A stretch of 64,000 bases of DNA. Source: Macrostomum lignano (taxonomy: Eukaryota). Shown here piece by piece: positions 1 through 26,289 of the stretch. The position numbers and the translations under genes are program-made. The stretch spans positions 434,001 to 498,000 of the forward strand of contig NIVC01000031.1 in NCBI GenBank assembly GCA_002269645.1. Reading direction: 5' to 3'. The notes beneath the pieces were generated by a model, which saw only the letters and a list, made by a program, of their open reading frames with translations, did not search any database and was not told where the DNA came from. The first letter of the stretch is position 1; each line of letters opens with the position of its first letter.

Positions 1-80
1 CTCGCTCTTCCCTTACCCCTCAGCCACCCCAATGAACACTCGCTCTTCCCTTACCCCTCAGCCACCCCAATGAACACTCG
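1..80. repeat. 40-bp tandem repeat, about 2 copies (runs off window)
   Basis: ctcgctcttcccttacccctcagccaccccaatgaacact repeated. Confidence 0.8.
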
Positions 81-164
81 CTCTTATCAGCAGTTTTATT
101 ATTTCGAAAATAACTACACTCAATTTCAGCTCTTGCGAATATACATCAGTACCAGCCAGGCGTA

Positions 165-2825
165 ATGGCTAACAAAGTGCTCTGTCTATTTAACGATTGC
201 AATGAATCGTTTGAATTCAATAGCAACTGTGGCAACCTTGATACTTCCGTTTTAGAGCAGCATCTGATGGAGGTACATAGTTTAGTTATTGACGCTATTG
301 ATAATATTGCCGAGCTGCCTGAGTAAGTAGATTTTGTTTTTTATAAACGAATCAGTAGTTGAAATTTATCTAAGTTATGTAAAAATTAAATTAAATTAAA
401 ATTAATAATTACTTTTTAGATACCTGTCTTACTGGCGCAAGTCAATTAGCAGCGAAACCGCATCACAACATTGCTTTGTGTTTCGAAATGAAACTGATAA
501 AGCTGAAGGTAAGTCTAATAGTGATTTAGTCATTTTAATAATAATATCACCCTCTATTCGTTAAGAAATCGCCCTTAATTCACGGAGAAAATCACCCTTC
601 ATTCACTGAGAAAATCGCCCTCTATTCACTGAGAAAATCGCCCTTTATTCACTGAGGAAATTGCCCTCTATTCACTATACACCAGGCAGCCAAAGTGACC
701 CAACTGCTACGACCAAGCAAGAATATTTATTCCTATCGTATGACAATCCAGACGATGCTAAATTGCGCAATAAACTTCACGAAAATCGATTGGTACGCGT
801 TTTATCCGATTTATACTACTATTCAGCTGTATCAGTAGAAATATGCGCATTTTTCTGTATTTTTACTAATTTTTTGTAAAAATTTTAGACTCGAGTTCTT
901 GAACTATATCAGAAGGAACGATTATCGCTAGAAAAGTTTCCTTGCATCTTTTGCAATGATGTCAACTTGAGTCGGTTGGTTTTTTTTAACAGTTTTGGCT
1001 TTCTCAAAATTGTCTTACTTGAATATTGGGTGTTTTAATTTTGTGTATTTCGCTTTCAGAACGAAGATATTTGAGCACCTAGCCGAGGAGCACAGCTTCT
1101 GGTTGGGCGAGCCGGACAATATGGTCTTTGTTGGCGAATTGTTACAGCGTCTCGGCGATATGATTACCAAGTATGCTTTAATTTATGCTGTGTACAATTG
1201 GCTGTTTTGAAATGTTCTGTGTCAAATTTTTGAAGTAAATGAATTTATGAACGATATGTATCATAAATATGTCTACAAAGAGAGAGTTTACTACTTCCAA
1301 ATGTATCGAAATAGCTTTATATCCTAGAAGAAGTTTTATTTGCCAATGTATCGAAAACAACTCTCACAAAGAAGAATTCCATTAGCCAATATGCATCGAA
1401 AACAAATTTCTACAAGAAAAATGTCTATTAGCCGATATGTAACGAAAACAAATTTCTACTAGAAAAACGTCTATTAGCCGATATGTATCGAAAATAACTT
1501 TCTACTTCTACTAGAAAATTTCTATTAGCCGATATGTATCGAAAATAACTTTCTACTTCTACTAGAAAATTTCTATTAGCCGATATGTATCGAAAATAAC
1601 TTTCTACTTCTACTAGAAAATTTCTATTAGCCGATATGTATCGAAAACGAATTTTTGCAAGAAGAAGGTCTTAGCCGTTATGTATTTAAAATAAATTTCT
1701 ACTTCTACTAGAAAAAGTATATGAGCCGATATGTATCGAAAACAATTGTCTGTTAAAGAAAACGGATATCATACCCACTCGCCATGCCAAAACATCCAGC
1801 CAAATCTGTCTCTACTGCGAGAAAGAGTTCCGCACCCGGTTCGTGCTCAAGGAGCACATGCGCAAGCGCAATCATCGTCGCATTAAGCCGGACAACAGTA
1901 GCAAGTACGCCAAGTACTTTATTAGCGCCTATTTAAAACCGAACGGATTTCAACGGATTCGACTATCGATTGGAGCCGATCCAAATTCTTTGGCAACGCC
2001 GTCCTCGTCTGCCGGCTCCAGGGCCGCGTCTGTGGCGGCTTCATCAGAGGATGAAGACAGCTGCGAGGAAGCTGGCGAGACTGATGATGTCGAAAATGTC
2101 GTCGTGTCAAGGTTTGTTTGTTTCAATTTTGTTACAACCTTGTGGCCTAAGAGCGTCGGACTCACGACGTGAAGGTCTGGGGTTCGATTCCCAATCCCAC
2201 TCGAAACAATTAGTGTCCTCGAGCAAGACACTTAACTCTGCATTGCTTCAGTTCACCCAGCTGTAAAATGGGTGCCAGCATTAGCTGGGGTAATCGAGGG
2301 TGTGTGTGGCGACCCCCCTTGGACTGAACAGCCGTACGCAGCCTTCAGATGCGCCCATTAGGTATTTGGGCAGGTGTAATTAATAATAATAGTAGGGTTA
2401 ACGCTTCCAGCTCTTTGCCTTTGTCCAGGAATGCTCAACCAGATGACGACATCGAACTGTACTGCGATCGGCCTTTGCCAACAGCAACCGAGTCAGTGAC
2501 TGCAGATGCCGCCTCTGCTGCCACCGAAGCTGCTGAACATCTGACCTGTCCACTGTGCCAACAGACTGGCACAGACCGGCAGCTGCTGGCTCATCTATCC
2601 TCCAGTCATTCAGTTGATTTACCAGAATTATCTAAGCGTTACAATTTAGACTTTCACCAGCGTCTTCGTTTGCTGGTCTCTATTCGGCGGCGGCGTTCGA
2701 ATCAGTCGCCCGACTGTCTAGCTAAATTAGCGGCTGAGTATAATCCTCAAGTAGTTGATGCAGAACGACCAGTTGCTAATGAAGCTGAAGTTGCTCTGGC
2801 TGATTTGTGCGATGATGCTGATTAA
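165..2825 (+). CDS. ZNF277: Zinc finger protein 277-like (C2H2), 7 exons, ~419 aa
   Basis: Exons 165-322, 420-508, 686-792, 889-974, 1060-1170, 1800-2111 and 2429-2825 are joined by GT-AG introns with matching phases (1260 nt). Motifs YLSYWRK, CIFCND..HLAEEHSFWLGEPDNMV, ICLYCEKEFRTRFVLKEHMRKRNHRRIKP and YNLDFHQRLRLLVSIRR match ZNF277 family motifs as I recall them. Confidence 0.88.
546..676. repeat. ~23-bp minisatellite in ZNF277 intron 2
   Basis: Unit gaaaatcgccctctattcactga. Confidence 0.85.
1290..1740. repeat. ~50-bp minisatellite in ZNF277 intron 5
   Basis: Unit attagccgatatgtatcgaaaataactttctacttctactagaaaatttct. Confidence 0.85.
2141..2394 (+). mobile_element. tRNA-derived CORE-like SINE (family A), copy 1, in ZNF277 intron 6
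   Basis: B box GGTTCGATTCC, central gtgtcctcgagcaagacacttaactctgcattgcttcagttcacccagctgtaaaatggg and an (AAT)n tail. Closely matches the copy at 53.5 kb. Confidence 0.8.
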
Positions 2826-2924
2826 ATTGTTGCTCAAGTCTTCTGCCATTCTTTTTTTGCGTATTTCTGTCTTTAATGCGCACTTTTTCTTGAGAACCAC
2901 CCCAACTGTTCCTGTGAGAATCCC

Positions 2925-3473
2925 TACATCCAATGTACAACCACTCCCGTGACAACCCCTACTCCCAATGTACACCCGCTCCCATGAGAACTCCTATCCC
3001 CCAATGTACACCCACTCCCATGACAACCCCTACCCCCCACTGTACGCCCACTCCCGCGAGAACCCCTACCCCCCACTGTACGCCCACTACCGCGAGAACC
3101 CCTACCCTCCAATGTACACCTACTACCGCGGGAACCCCTACCGCCCAATGTACACCCACTCCCGTGACAATTTCTACCCCTCAATGTACACCCACTCCCG
3201 CGAGAACCCCTACCCCAATGTACACCCACTCCCGTGACAATTTCTACCCCTCAATGTACACCCACTCCCGCGAGAACCCCTACCCCCAATGTACACCCAC
3301 TCCCGTGACAATTTCTACCCCTCAATGTACACCCACTCCCGCGAGAACCCCTACCCCCAATGTACACCCACTCCCGTGACAATTTCTACCCCTCAATGTA
3401 CACCCACTCCCGCGAGAACCCCTACCCCCAATGTACACTCACTCCCGTGAGAATCTCTACCCTCAATGTACAC
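2925..3473. repeat. C-rich ~33-36-bp minisatellite (AATGTACA core), 3' of ZNF277
   Basis: Alternating units aatgtacacccactcccgtgacaatttctacccctc / aatgtacacccactcccgcgagaacccctacccc. Confidence 0.9.
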
Positions 3474-3809
3474 TAGTAAAGTTACCCCCCCCCATCACGT
3501 AACACTTATCAGTCCTCAGCTAAGGAAACCTGTGTTGGTTTGTGTTTGTAAATTGCTACAGAATCGATGCAGATGCACTACTCTCGAAAACTGGAAATAG
3601 ATTTATAAAAAAAACAACTTTGTTCTTGCGCTGTTTTTTGCAGTTTTTTACTTTTGTTATTTGATTAAATTTGATGTAGTTTTAATCGTATTTTTTTTTA
3701 AGTGATGGATAATTCGCTACCAAACTTATCACTCTTCAGAAGCAAGGCTTGAAGTACTTAATTTCAAACTTGATAAATAAATCAAAGAACTGAATTACCA
3801 GCATAAGTC

Positions 3810-6655
<2,846 letters not shown>

Positions 6656-7556
6656 ACTTGAAAAAAGGCGGCAACAAGACGTCCTTTTGTGTCATTTCAT
6701 TATCCAACAACAAGATTAAATCGCATGTAGCATCAAGTTAAATAGGAACACTTTTTTCATTAGAATAGTAGTTTTCTATATAATTGTAGATTATAAAGTA
6801 TATTCAATAATTATAACTGCTAATTAGTGTTTATGATGATTTTTTGTATTTGATTTTTTTCCTACAGAAAAATCTAGTTCTCAAGGCTTGAATTATAGCT
6901 GAACGCACGCAAATCAAATAAAACTTCAAGTCTGAATTGCACTACTCGAAGTAGAAAAACTAGGAAAAGCGTTTCTAAATTTTTCTTGCCTATAAAAAAT
7001 CCATTAGCTTTGATATCGTTAAGTTTTTACCTGCGTTGTAGCTGCACATACCATAAAGAATCAGATCTGTTATGGCCTTGAGATTTTTATTGATTACATT
7101 TATTGAAGTTCTTAGTGAGTAGACTATATAGAACTAACTTTAATAGCGCCTAGTATACTATGTTTACTACACTTTAGTTTTTTTAAAACGTTTTTTTCTC
7201 TATCATTTTTGACCAAACTAAAATATTTTTCACTGATCTAGCTACTTTCAGTAGTTTTGAAATAGGTGCCGTGAGAAAATATCTAGATTTTGTATTATGT
7301 AGAATTTAGCATAGTAATACTTTGACCTTGCAGTGTCTCCCTAATTTTGACATTAATATTATATTTATAACCCGTTGATCTTTGGAGAATAATAAGTGAC
7401 AGCTTCACAGTCTCAGCATAGACTTTGACTTGATTCTTTTGTCAAATACTAGCGATCGTTGCTACAGGTGTTCTGCGGAATTCCCTGACTGCTTTGTAGT
7501 GAACCCCGGCATTTCTTGGTAACGACTTGAATTTTATGCGATATTTCAGCAAAATA

Positions 7557-8914
7557 ATGACAGCACTTCCCGAGCTGGTTCCTAGATAAAGCTCGAGAAC
7601 CAATAAATTGGATTTCCCAGGCATCCCCAAATTAAGTACTTGGGATTTCCCAAAGTAAGAAATCAATATTACTCTCCAGACAATCACTAATGAAAATCGG
7701 GATTCCCCAGCCAATTTCTAATAAAAAGTTGAGATTCCCCAGCCAAAATCTAATAAAAAGTTGGGATTCCCCAGTCAATTTCCAATTATAAAAATGGGGA
7801 TTCCCTAGCCAATCCTAAATGAAAAATGGGGATTCTCCAGCCAATCCTGAATGAAAAATGGGGATTCTCCAGCCAATCCTAAATGAAAAATGGGGATTCC
7901 CCAGCCAATCCTAGAAAAATGGGGATTCCCCAGCCAATCACTAATAAAAATCGGGATTCCCCAGCCAATTTCCAATAAAAATCGGGATTCCCTAGCCAAT
8001 CCTAAATGAAAAATGGGGATTTCCCAGCCAATCCCAAATAAAAATCGGGATTCCCATGCGCCTCTAATAGTTTCGAATTACATAGGCGACACCGAATAGA
8101 ATCGGCATTGAAGCGCCCCCCCCCACCCCCGCAGCAGCTGTGTCGCCGCGGTCCCCACTGGCCCCACTGTTGCCAGCTGCAGTCGTGGCTGCAGCTTCGA
8201 AGGCAGCGCCGCAGCGCATCGTTATCTTCGTCCCGTCGGCAGTCCAGCAGCAGCCCCTACGATGTGCTCGGCGTTGATCGCCAAGCAACTCAACGCGAGA
8301 TCAAATCGGCCTTCTACGCCAAGTCCAAGCTGGTGCACCCAGACGTGAACAAGTCGCCAGACGCCTCCAGACAGTTCAATGCCCTGTCCAATGCCTACAA
8401 AGTGCTGGGGAATGAGAACAGCAGGCGGAGCTTCGATGACAGTCAGCGGAGAGGGTGAGGGGTATTTATTGCTATAAATTCTGTTCATAATGCAATCAAC
8501 AATTGATGATGCAATTCTCGCCGCTGCAGCAGTTCCGCCAGGACCAGCCGGCCTTCTCAATCCTCATCGACGGCCGACTCTACTGTTGCCGACGTGGACA
8601 TTCGAGTCCGCGACATCCAGGCCAGTTTCGACGCGTTCTACCGGGTCCGCTATCCAGCCATGGTCGCCGACCAGAGCCGGCTGCGTCGGAAACACGTCGA
8701 TTCGGTCGTTAGCGACGAGCTCGACGGCGCCCAGCCAGTTTCCGACGTTGTCGGCGCTACCGACGCGTCTAGTCGGGCGGCGCAGAATTCTCGGCGCCGA
8801 TTGACGGCGCTAACGGCGGTGGCGCTGTGCGCGTACGCCCTGTTTGCCGGCTACGACGCGCTGGTCAGGGCGGAGGACGCCGCTTTGCGGACTCGAGCCG
8901 ATGAAAACCAATAA
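7557..8914 (+). CDS. DnaJ/Hsp40 J-domain protein, DNAJC30-like (probably mitochondrial, C-terminal TM helix); 5' end uncertain
   Basis: J-domain PYDVLGV..IKSAFYAKSKLVHPDVN..FNALSNAYKVLG lies in the exon ending at 8454. It splices (phase 2) to 8530-8914, which carries SFDAFYRVRY and a hydrophobic C-terminal helix. The first exon 7557-7577 (MTALPEL, weak gttcct donor) and the acceptor at 8134 are tentative. Confidence 0.75.
7605..8056. repeat. GGGATTCCCCAGCCAAT minisatellite upstream of the J-domain exon
   Basis: ~33-bp units aaaaatggggattccccagccaatcctaaat. Confidence 0.85.
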
Positions 8915-8937
8915 CTAAGCGGCCTGGCATGGCTAGC

Positions 8938-9440
8938 TAGGGATTGCCTTCTGGATTCCCCTCAGCTATTATCTATTGGGAATCCCCCGTGTAGGACTTA
9001 GGATTTTGGATCCCCATTCATTCGGAAATTCCCTTAGAATTCTTCGATTTTGTAATTCCCCTAGGACTAGGATTCCCTGATTGGGTAGTTCTCTGATTGA
9101 TGTTTTCCGCGATTTAGAATTCTATTGGGACTTTCTGTTTTAGGAATTCCCGTAGGATTCTCTATTTGGGAATTTCCCCGGGATTCTCCATTTTGGGATT
9201 TCCCTTAGGATTCTCCATTTTGGGAATTTCCTGGGAATTCCCTTAGAATTCTCCAGTTAGGGTTTTCCCTACGATTCTCCTCATTTTGGGAATTCCCTTA
9301 GGATTTTCCATGCTTGTAATTCTCAGAATTCTACAATTAGGAAATTCCTTGATTTCGATTTTATAATTTAGGAATTTTCTCTGTAAGATTCCCTCTTCGG
9401 GAATATTTTGGATTCCCCAATTAGAATTCGCCTTTTGACA
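8938..9440. repeat. Degenerate GGATTC/GGAATTCCC repeat 3' of the DnaJ gene
   Basis: Recurrent gggattctcc / ggaattccct motifs. Confidence 0.7.
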
Positions 9441-10734
9441 TTGTCCCGTGATTTTCTCGTCTAGGAAAACCCCTGTAGAATCTGTTTTAAAGAAGCGATT
9501 TATTAATTATTCTTCCCGTCAATCTTCACATAGCCTACACTTCTGCTTGTCGGACTGTAAAATACGAAAATACAAAGAGCTCATCGTTACAGAGATAGAG
9601 AACGCATGTCAATTACTTTTTTCATTTTCCGTACCAAGTAAATCGTTGAACAGGATATTTTTAATACTTTGTTTATTTTATTTTTTTAAGTTGCGAGACT
9701 GAAGCTATGGGAAATTAGATATTAAAATAGAAAATAAGCCGGAAATTCAAACACAAGCAGTCGTAGGTTCGTGAAACAATAAACTTTTATAAAACATGGG
9801 AGGTCGTGTTGTTTAGCACATTTATATATTTCCGGCTAAGCTTGTGTGGTGCAGTCAGGCTTTTAAAGATATCCAACAGATCAGAGATAATATGACAATT
9901 GACTGATGATAAATCATTTTAATACACAAAAACGCGTGTGCAAGCCATAGGCTGACATTTCTACTGAAAGTAGGCAATGCGCGAATACATCGTTGCTGTA
10001 CATTTTAAATAGCTGCTGGGTGGCCTGCAATGTTGCGAGCTAGATAAATAAAACAAAATAATCCTAATAGAAAGTCATGCTATTTTCAATTTAGCAATCG
10101 TATACTGTAGAAAATCAGCATCTGCTCATCCCTGACTGAATAAAATACAAATTTCGTTATATAAAATTGCTGTTAGCAATCACGAGAGGGAAATTTATTT
10201 AGTAACTGTTGTGAATAAAACTTACTACTTAATAAGTAGCGAGAAAGATTATTTTTAGTGCGAATTCCGGCAGAAGTGGCGAGTAAAAACAAATACATTG
10301 AGAACAGTAGAGATAAAAGAAAAAGAATACTATTAGCTACTGAAATTAATTTACAAGTAAACGGAATTCGATACTGCGATTGGCGAATTCGATTAACTTC
10401 AAGTTACAGATAATGCAATTGACACTAATAGAAGTAGTCTTGGTGGCACAATTGTCCGAATAATTCTAAACTGAAGCAGCGACTCGACATAGTCAAGTTT
10501 TAATTAATAATTCAATTAAGCAAAAACAAGTCAGTAAACTGATGCAAAGTTTTCATTACATTTTTAGCGAACTAAGAACTCTGACGGGAACTTTGCTTGT
10601 CTGGAAGGAGGCCGTCAAAATAATTGACCGGAAAATTCAATAACTTTTTTCGTCTTTGTTGGCGCCAAGTTAAATTATGCGAAAAAAACAAAATCTTTAA
10701 CTTAACAGAGCTGGTGTGCACTGTGGTTAGAGGG

Positions 10735-11175
10735 TTGGATGGGGCGAGTGTACATTGGGGGTCAGAGGTTTGGAGGGGGTTGAGTGTACATTGGGGGTTA
10801 GAGGTTTGGAGGGTGAGTGTACATTGGGGTTAAGAGGTTGAGGGTGTGAGTGTACATTGGGGGTTAGAGGTTTGGAGGGGGTTGAGTGTAAATTGGGGGT
10901 TAGAGGTTTGGATGGGGCGAGTGTACATTGGGGGTTAGAGGTTTGGAGGGGGTTGAGTGTAAATTGGGGGTTAGAGGTTTGGATGGGGCGAGTGTACATT
11001 GGGGGTTAGAGGTTTGGAGGGTGTGAGTGTACACTGGGGTTAGATGTTTGGATGGGGCGAGTGTACATTGGGGGTTAGAGGTTTGGAGGGGGTTGAGTGC
11101 ACATTGGGGGTTAGAGATTTGGATGGGGGTGAGTGTAACATTGGAGGTTAGAGGTTTGGATGAGGGTGGGTGTAC
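10735..11175. repeat. G-rich ~35-bp minisatellite (TGTACA core)
   Basis: Unit gagtgtacattgggggttagaggtttggagggggtt. Confidence 0.9.
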
Positions 11176-11564
11176 TTTAAGCCAGCAGATTTTACGCAAA
11201 CTATACTACTACAAGCTATATAACAAAAAACGATAACAAAATAAATCGACAAAAAGCTACACAAAATTGCACAACAAAGAAAACAAAGTATGACAGACTA
11301 AAATAAAAAATGGTACAAGTTATTTACTGCGATATTTAATAATATTAAAACTACAATTACAAAGCTGAATATAGAAGCTAGTTCTTAAAAACAACATTTA
11401 GCATGTACCGGTATAGTAATATTTACAAAAATACGACACAGGACACAAAATCAATTAATATCGATCCACACATACGAATTTTATGTTGTTGTTGATTTTA
11501 TGAACAAGTTCTTACACACGATATCAATAGTGATAAATGATAGTTTGCAGCTCATGATTTTATT

Positions 11565-21388
<9,824 letters not shown>

Positions 21389-21539
21389 GGCTGATGTTGT
21401 TGATGTGGACTTTCGTTTTGCCTGATCGGATATTTACGGATAGAATGCGGCAACTATAGAGCAAATCAATTGAAGATTAATCATAGGAAACATCTTGTGA
21501 TTAAAACTTGCACCTTAAAGCAAACAAAGTCTGAGGGCC

Positions 21540-22490
21540 ATCCAACACAAAGAGCCCACCTGTTCCAACACAAGAAACCCACCTGTTCCAACACAAGAAT
21601 CCCACCTGTTCCAACACAAGAAACCCGCCTGTTCTAACACAAGAAACCCACCTGTTCCAACACAAGAATCCCACCTGTTCCAACACAAGAAACCCGCCTG
21701 TTCTAAATCTAGCACAAGAATCCCACCGGTTCCAAATCTAGCACAAGAAACCCACCTGTTCTAAATCCAACACAGAAACCCACCTGTTATAAATCCAACA
21801 CAAGAATCCCACCTGTTCTAAATCCAACACAAGAATCCCACCTGTTCCAACACAAGAATCCCACCTGTTCCAACACAAGAATCCCACCTGTTCCAACACA
21901 AGAATCCCACCTGTTCCAAATCCACCACAGAAACCCACCTGTTCCAAATCTAGCACAAGAATCCCACCGGTTCCAAATCTAGCACAAGAAACCCACCTGT
22001 TCCAAATCCAACACAAGAATCCCACCGGTTCCAAATCTAGTACAAGAAACCCACCTGTTCCAAATCCAACACAAGAATCCCACCTGTTCCAACACAAGAA
22101 TCCCACCTGTTCCAACACAAGAATCCCACCTGTTCCAAATCCACCACAGAAACCCACCGGTTCCAAATCCAACACAAGAATCCCACCGGTTCCAAATCCA
22201 ACACAAGAATCCCACCGGTTCCAAATCTAGTACAAGAAACCCACCTGTTCCAAATCTAGCACAAGAATCCCACCTATTCCAAATCTAGCACAAGAATCCC
22301 ACCGGTTCCAAATCTAGCACAAGAATCCCACCGGTTCCAAATCTAGTACAAGAAACCCACCTGTTCTAAATCCAACACAGAAACCCACCGGTTCCAAATC
22401 TAACACAGAAACCCACCGGTTCCAAATCCAACACAGAAACCTACCGGTTCTAAATCCAACACAGAAACCCACCTGTTCCAACACAAGAAA
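21540..22490. repeat. 23/29-bp minisatellite upstream of the nuclear receptor start exon
   Basis: Unit aacacaagaatcccacctgttcc(aaatcc). Confidence 0.9.
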
Positions 22491-23384
22491 TCCAGCGGTT
22501 AACTCACCTAACAATTTGCTATCCTAGAAAACCTGGCTCCAATTCAGACAGAAAATCATATTTATAGTCTAATAATAAAAAACCTAAGCAGATAAAAAGT
22601 GCCAAATTGAATTCAATCTAATTATAAAGCAACCGTTTCCCAATCATTACTAAGCAACAAATATATAATAATATTTATCGTTATACCCCCAGCTGTAGAG
22701 GGACTCACTGCAGCAACCATACAATATTGTTGATGAGTTTGCATACTTAATTTGGCAAGACGGTGGGGAAAAAAAGAATAATTAATTATCATTCCCACGC
22801 CATTGTCCGGCCGTTCATTTCTAAAGCCTGCAAATCATTCCTAGAAAAAGTGGCTCATTTCCACTTAGATTCTTGGAAATTCCTTGGGCAGAACAGTAAA
22901 GGCCCAGCATAATTTTGCTATGTTATCGTTTTAAACCACGTTTTGGCACCTTTGCAAAATGCATAACAATTACGAAGTCGGCAAAGATGAAAACGATGAA
23001 AAAAGCGATAGAGATGCTGTATAAAAACAAGTAATGCAGGACAAGACACTGCGTTACAACGGTAGACGTCTAGAGAATAAAATACAGTGAAATAGGTGAA
23101 ATTTGACGACAGCTTGAGTTAGTGGCAATTATCGTTAATGGATGCACAAACATGCGAGTATACTGAAATGGATTTTTTAGAAAAGCACATGGGCCACCAT
23201 AGGGCTGAATAGAAGCTAAAGAATTTGAGCCGAATGGTAATGGCCTGGATAGACAGACAGGCCCATACCAGTAGACATGTGCATACAGGAACTAAAAAAC
23301 TGAGGCAGACAGGCGGTCATAGACAGACACAGACCGAATGCAGACCCACAGACACTAAAGAAGCCAAGGCGGACAAACAGACAG

Positions 23385-23911
<527 letters not shown>

Positions 23912-24819
23912 GTGGGAAGGCAGGCATGACAGCCAGGACCAACCCCAGTAACCCACTTCAGCTCAGAAACCACTAAACGAGCACACCAAGCCTACAATGC
24001 AATGCAATAAATTCCAAACTCAGCGGAATTTCAAACGGCAGTACAAAAAAAACGAAAACTGTGGCCAGCAACGCAGAAAAAATGCTTTGATAGCTGGAAT
24101 ATAAAATACTCACCAAGCAGAATTTCGTTTTATAGCAACGACAAAACTATCAAACGATGGTCCAAATACCGCCAAAAAAAGTTTTTAACCACTATAATAT
24201 ATAGCTATAAGTTTTGGACCATTTAAATAAAGCAAAAAAGCACACCAGAAGACTGAAATTTGTTTGCTATCTGCTCTCAAAAAGTGTCGCACAGCTCTAA
24301 CCAGAGCGAGGTGCTTGAACGCCTCAAACAGAGAAAAATCTCTCTCTTCAAAGAGAGACTAACAAGAGATGAAGATAGAAAGAATTATAGCTGCTAGTTA
24401 CGGCAACGCCTGAGCAGTTAAAATATAGCTGCCAACTGTTTGAGGAGGCAGACAGACAGGCAGACAGACACGCGGTCCAGTCGCAGAGTTAGTCGGAAGA
24501 AAAAAGCAGAGATGAGGAGAGAGAGGGCCAAGGAGGGCAGAGGCATACAGGCCCCCGAAAGAGAATGGGGGGGGGGGTTGGTTGTAGGCCAGGTTTATTG
24601 CTTGGCTTCAATTCGCCTCGAAAAATCCAAGCCAATGAAATAGTTGCCAGTCAAAGCAGCTAAGCACAGAGCGTTTGGATTTGGCATTGCGCATAGGTAT
24701 TTGAAATTTCAGTTACTTTTAATTTCATGGCTTGTCGAATCCATGAAATCTATACTCATAAATCTCTGAAATTCACGTTCACAAAATTAAATTTACCATT
24801 TCCTAAGCTTTCACATTCA

Positions 24820-25375
24820 CCAGTCCTTGAACTTTACATTCACCACTTCTTGAAATTCAAATTCACCACTTCTTAAAATTCAAATTCACCAATTCTTGAA
24901 ATTCAAATTCACCACTTCTTGAAATTGAAATTCACCAACTCTTGAAATTCAAATTCACCAATTCTTGAAATTCCAATTCACCACTTCTTGAAATTCAAAT
25001 TCACCACTTCTTGAAATTCAAATTCACCACTTCTTGAAATTCCAATTCACCACTTCTTGAAATTCAAATCCACCACTTCTTGAAATTCCAATTCACCACT
25101 TCTTGAAATTGAAATTCACCAACTCTTGAAATTCAAATTTACTAATTCTTGAAATTGAAATTCACCAATTCTTGAAATTCAAATTGACCAATTCTTGAAA
25201 TTCAAATTCACCAACTCTTGAAATTCAAATTCACCAATTCTTGAAATTCAAATTCACCACTTCTTGAAATTCCAATTCACCACTTCTTTAAATTCAAATT
25301 CACTAATTCTTGAAATTCAAATTCACCACTTCTTGAAATTCCAATTCACCACTTCTTTAAATTCAAATTCACTAA
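24820..25375. repeat. 23-bp minisatellite
   Basis: Unit aaattcaccacttcttgaaattc. Confidence 0.9.
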
Positions 25376-26289
25376 TCATTAAGATTTATGGTCACCAATT
25401 CTAAACTACGTATTCATTAATTCTCAAACTTCACTTTAAAAAACCTAATCTTCGCATTCACTAATTTTTCAACTTTACATTCATTGATCCTTGAACTTCA
25501 CATTCACAAATCATTGAACTTGGCAGAACACTTATCATTCACAAATATTTGACATTTAAATTCTCACAAAATCTCTAAATGTGACATTCATAAAGTCTCC
25601 AGCTTTGCCGTCCAGTTAAAAGTACATTAAAATGGCTCCCACGCCACTTATAGTCGGGCCGTATCAAGTGTATCAATTGGATTGTGGCTATGACTGAGGT
25701 CTAAGTTTGCTAACTAAACTATAGGCACAACACTGAAAGGGCTTGAGTCAGCCCCCCTGGAAAACTGTATCAGTTTCAATATTAACACTCTGCACCCTAA
25801 CAGCAGAGACTATCAACTGAGATTATGAGAAAGCATGCGACTTTTTCTGTACACTTTTTAAAAGTCTGGAACATTTTTGTCGCGACTTGTGGGGCAAACA
25901 AAAGCTCACCCAGTCCAACATCAATCGTGGGAAGCAAGGAACCTTCTTCATCTTTAAAGAATGTTTTATCTCCCATATTTTTCTTAACCTAAGATGGAAT
26001 TAATAAAACTGAGGAAAAACTCTTGCTTGTGCTCACCGATTGCCGCTGGCAAACAAGACTAAACAGAGCTCAGTAGCACATTTGCAGATGCGCCAATTTT
26101 TATTTTCCTAAAGCTTTGCCTTAATCATATCGTGATTGCTTAGCATTGCTTTGAGTTGCGTTTGTGTGTCCACGCAGCTGTGTCCAGCTGAAAGCACAAA
26201 CAATTCTCAGCGATGGTTTAGCTGCATGATTAGGAATTATTGCACTCAGCCTGCCAGACAGAGAGCTAAAAGAGGGAAGCAGAGAGAGC

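Noticed and set aside
2727-3379. Several overlapping ORFs (CTPTP, YTHSR and GVHW repeats)
   Set aside because: They are translations of the AATGTACA minisatellite, open in several frames on both strands, with no splice or homology support.
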